Of a DNA stretch of 16,826 nt, positions 16,567 through 16,826 are shown one piece after another. How positions within the stretch are numbered: the stretch's first letter is position 1; every line of letters starts with the position of its first letter. The DNA comes from Candidatus Moanibacter sp. (GTDB lineage Bacteria; Verrucomicrobiota; Verrucomicrobiia; Opitutales; UBA2987), in NCBI GenBank assembly GCA_965215885.1, contig CBDCEW010000059.1, positions 1 to 16,826 of the forward strand, written 5' to 3'. Under the pieces are notes generated by a model. The model saw only the letters and a list, made by a program, of their open reading frames with translations. It did not search any database and was not told the origin of the DNA. Position numbers and translations under genes: made by a program.

Positions 16567-16634
16567 CTAGCAACCTGTCGGAATGAAACTGAGTAACTCT
16601 GCCGAAAGAAGCATAAAGTCCGACAGGTTGCTAG
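16567..16634. repeat. 68-bp MITE/REP-like element with perfect 16-bp inverted repeats
   Basis: CTAGCAACCTGTCGGA (16567-16582) and TCCGACAGGTTGCTAG (16619-16634); CTAG at both ends. Confidence 0.8.
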
Positions 16635-16650
16635 GCCGGAGCAATCAGCT

Positions 16651-16826
16651 ATGAAACGCAGGCTGAAGCATGTAGAATCTACTGAGCGAAGGGTATGGTT
16701 AGCTGCCCTCGCAATTGTCGTCCTGGTGCCGGCAATCGGGATGGGATTTCGAATTGTCGATAAAGCAACGCAAGAGCCACCTGTAGAAGAAGCTTCTCTG
16801 CTATCATTTTCCGCGAAACCCTCTAT
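16651..16826 (+). CDS. Partial gene: membrane-anchored or exported hypothetical protein (runs off the window)
   Basis: GGAG RBS; MKRRLKHVESTERRVWLAALAIVVLVPAIGMGF..., a basic N-terminus followed by a hydrophobic stretch. Confidence 0.6.
   Translation, partial: MKRRLKHVESTERRVWLAALAIVVLVPAIGMGFRIVDKATQEPPVEEASLLSFSAKPS

Overview
A mobile-element-dense window, probably from a Verrucomicrobiota-like bacterium (inferred from protein families only). (1) 1-4112, minus strand: a decayed phage/ICE-type replication module with an SSB-like protein, a chimeric nuclease remnant, an excisionase-like HTH, a 5'-truncated family A DNA polymerase, an AEP primase and an AAA_25/RepA-type helicase. It carries several single-base frameshifts and two apparent internal deletions. 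(2) 4257-16296: a pile-up of elements. These are an IS1595 with two passenger ORFs, an intact IS4 with an 11-bp TSD, a RAYT-type HUH transposase whose 3' double-hairpin repeat recurs on the far side of a J-domain gene, a DUF4338-fused ISAs1 split by a nested IS5/ISNCY-like element, an orphan structured non-coding segment, and a complete IS110. The strongest signals are the IS110 left-end bridge-RNA-like structure, whose loops match its own donor end, its right flank and a local CTGTCGGA inverted-repeat family, and the RAYT-repeat-flanked J-domain cassette. Family assignments come from motif recognition; no database searches or folding programs were run.
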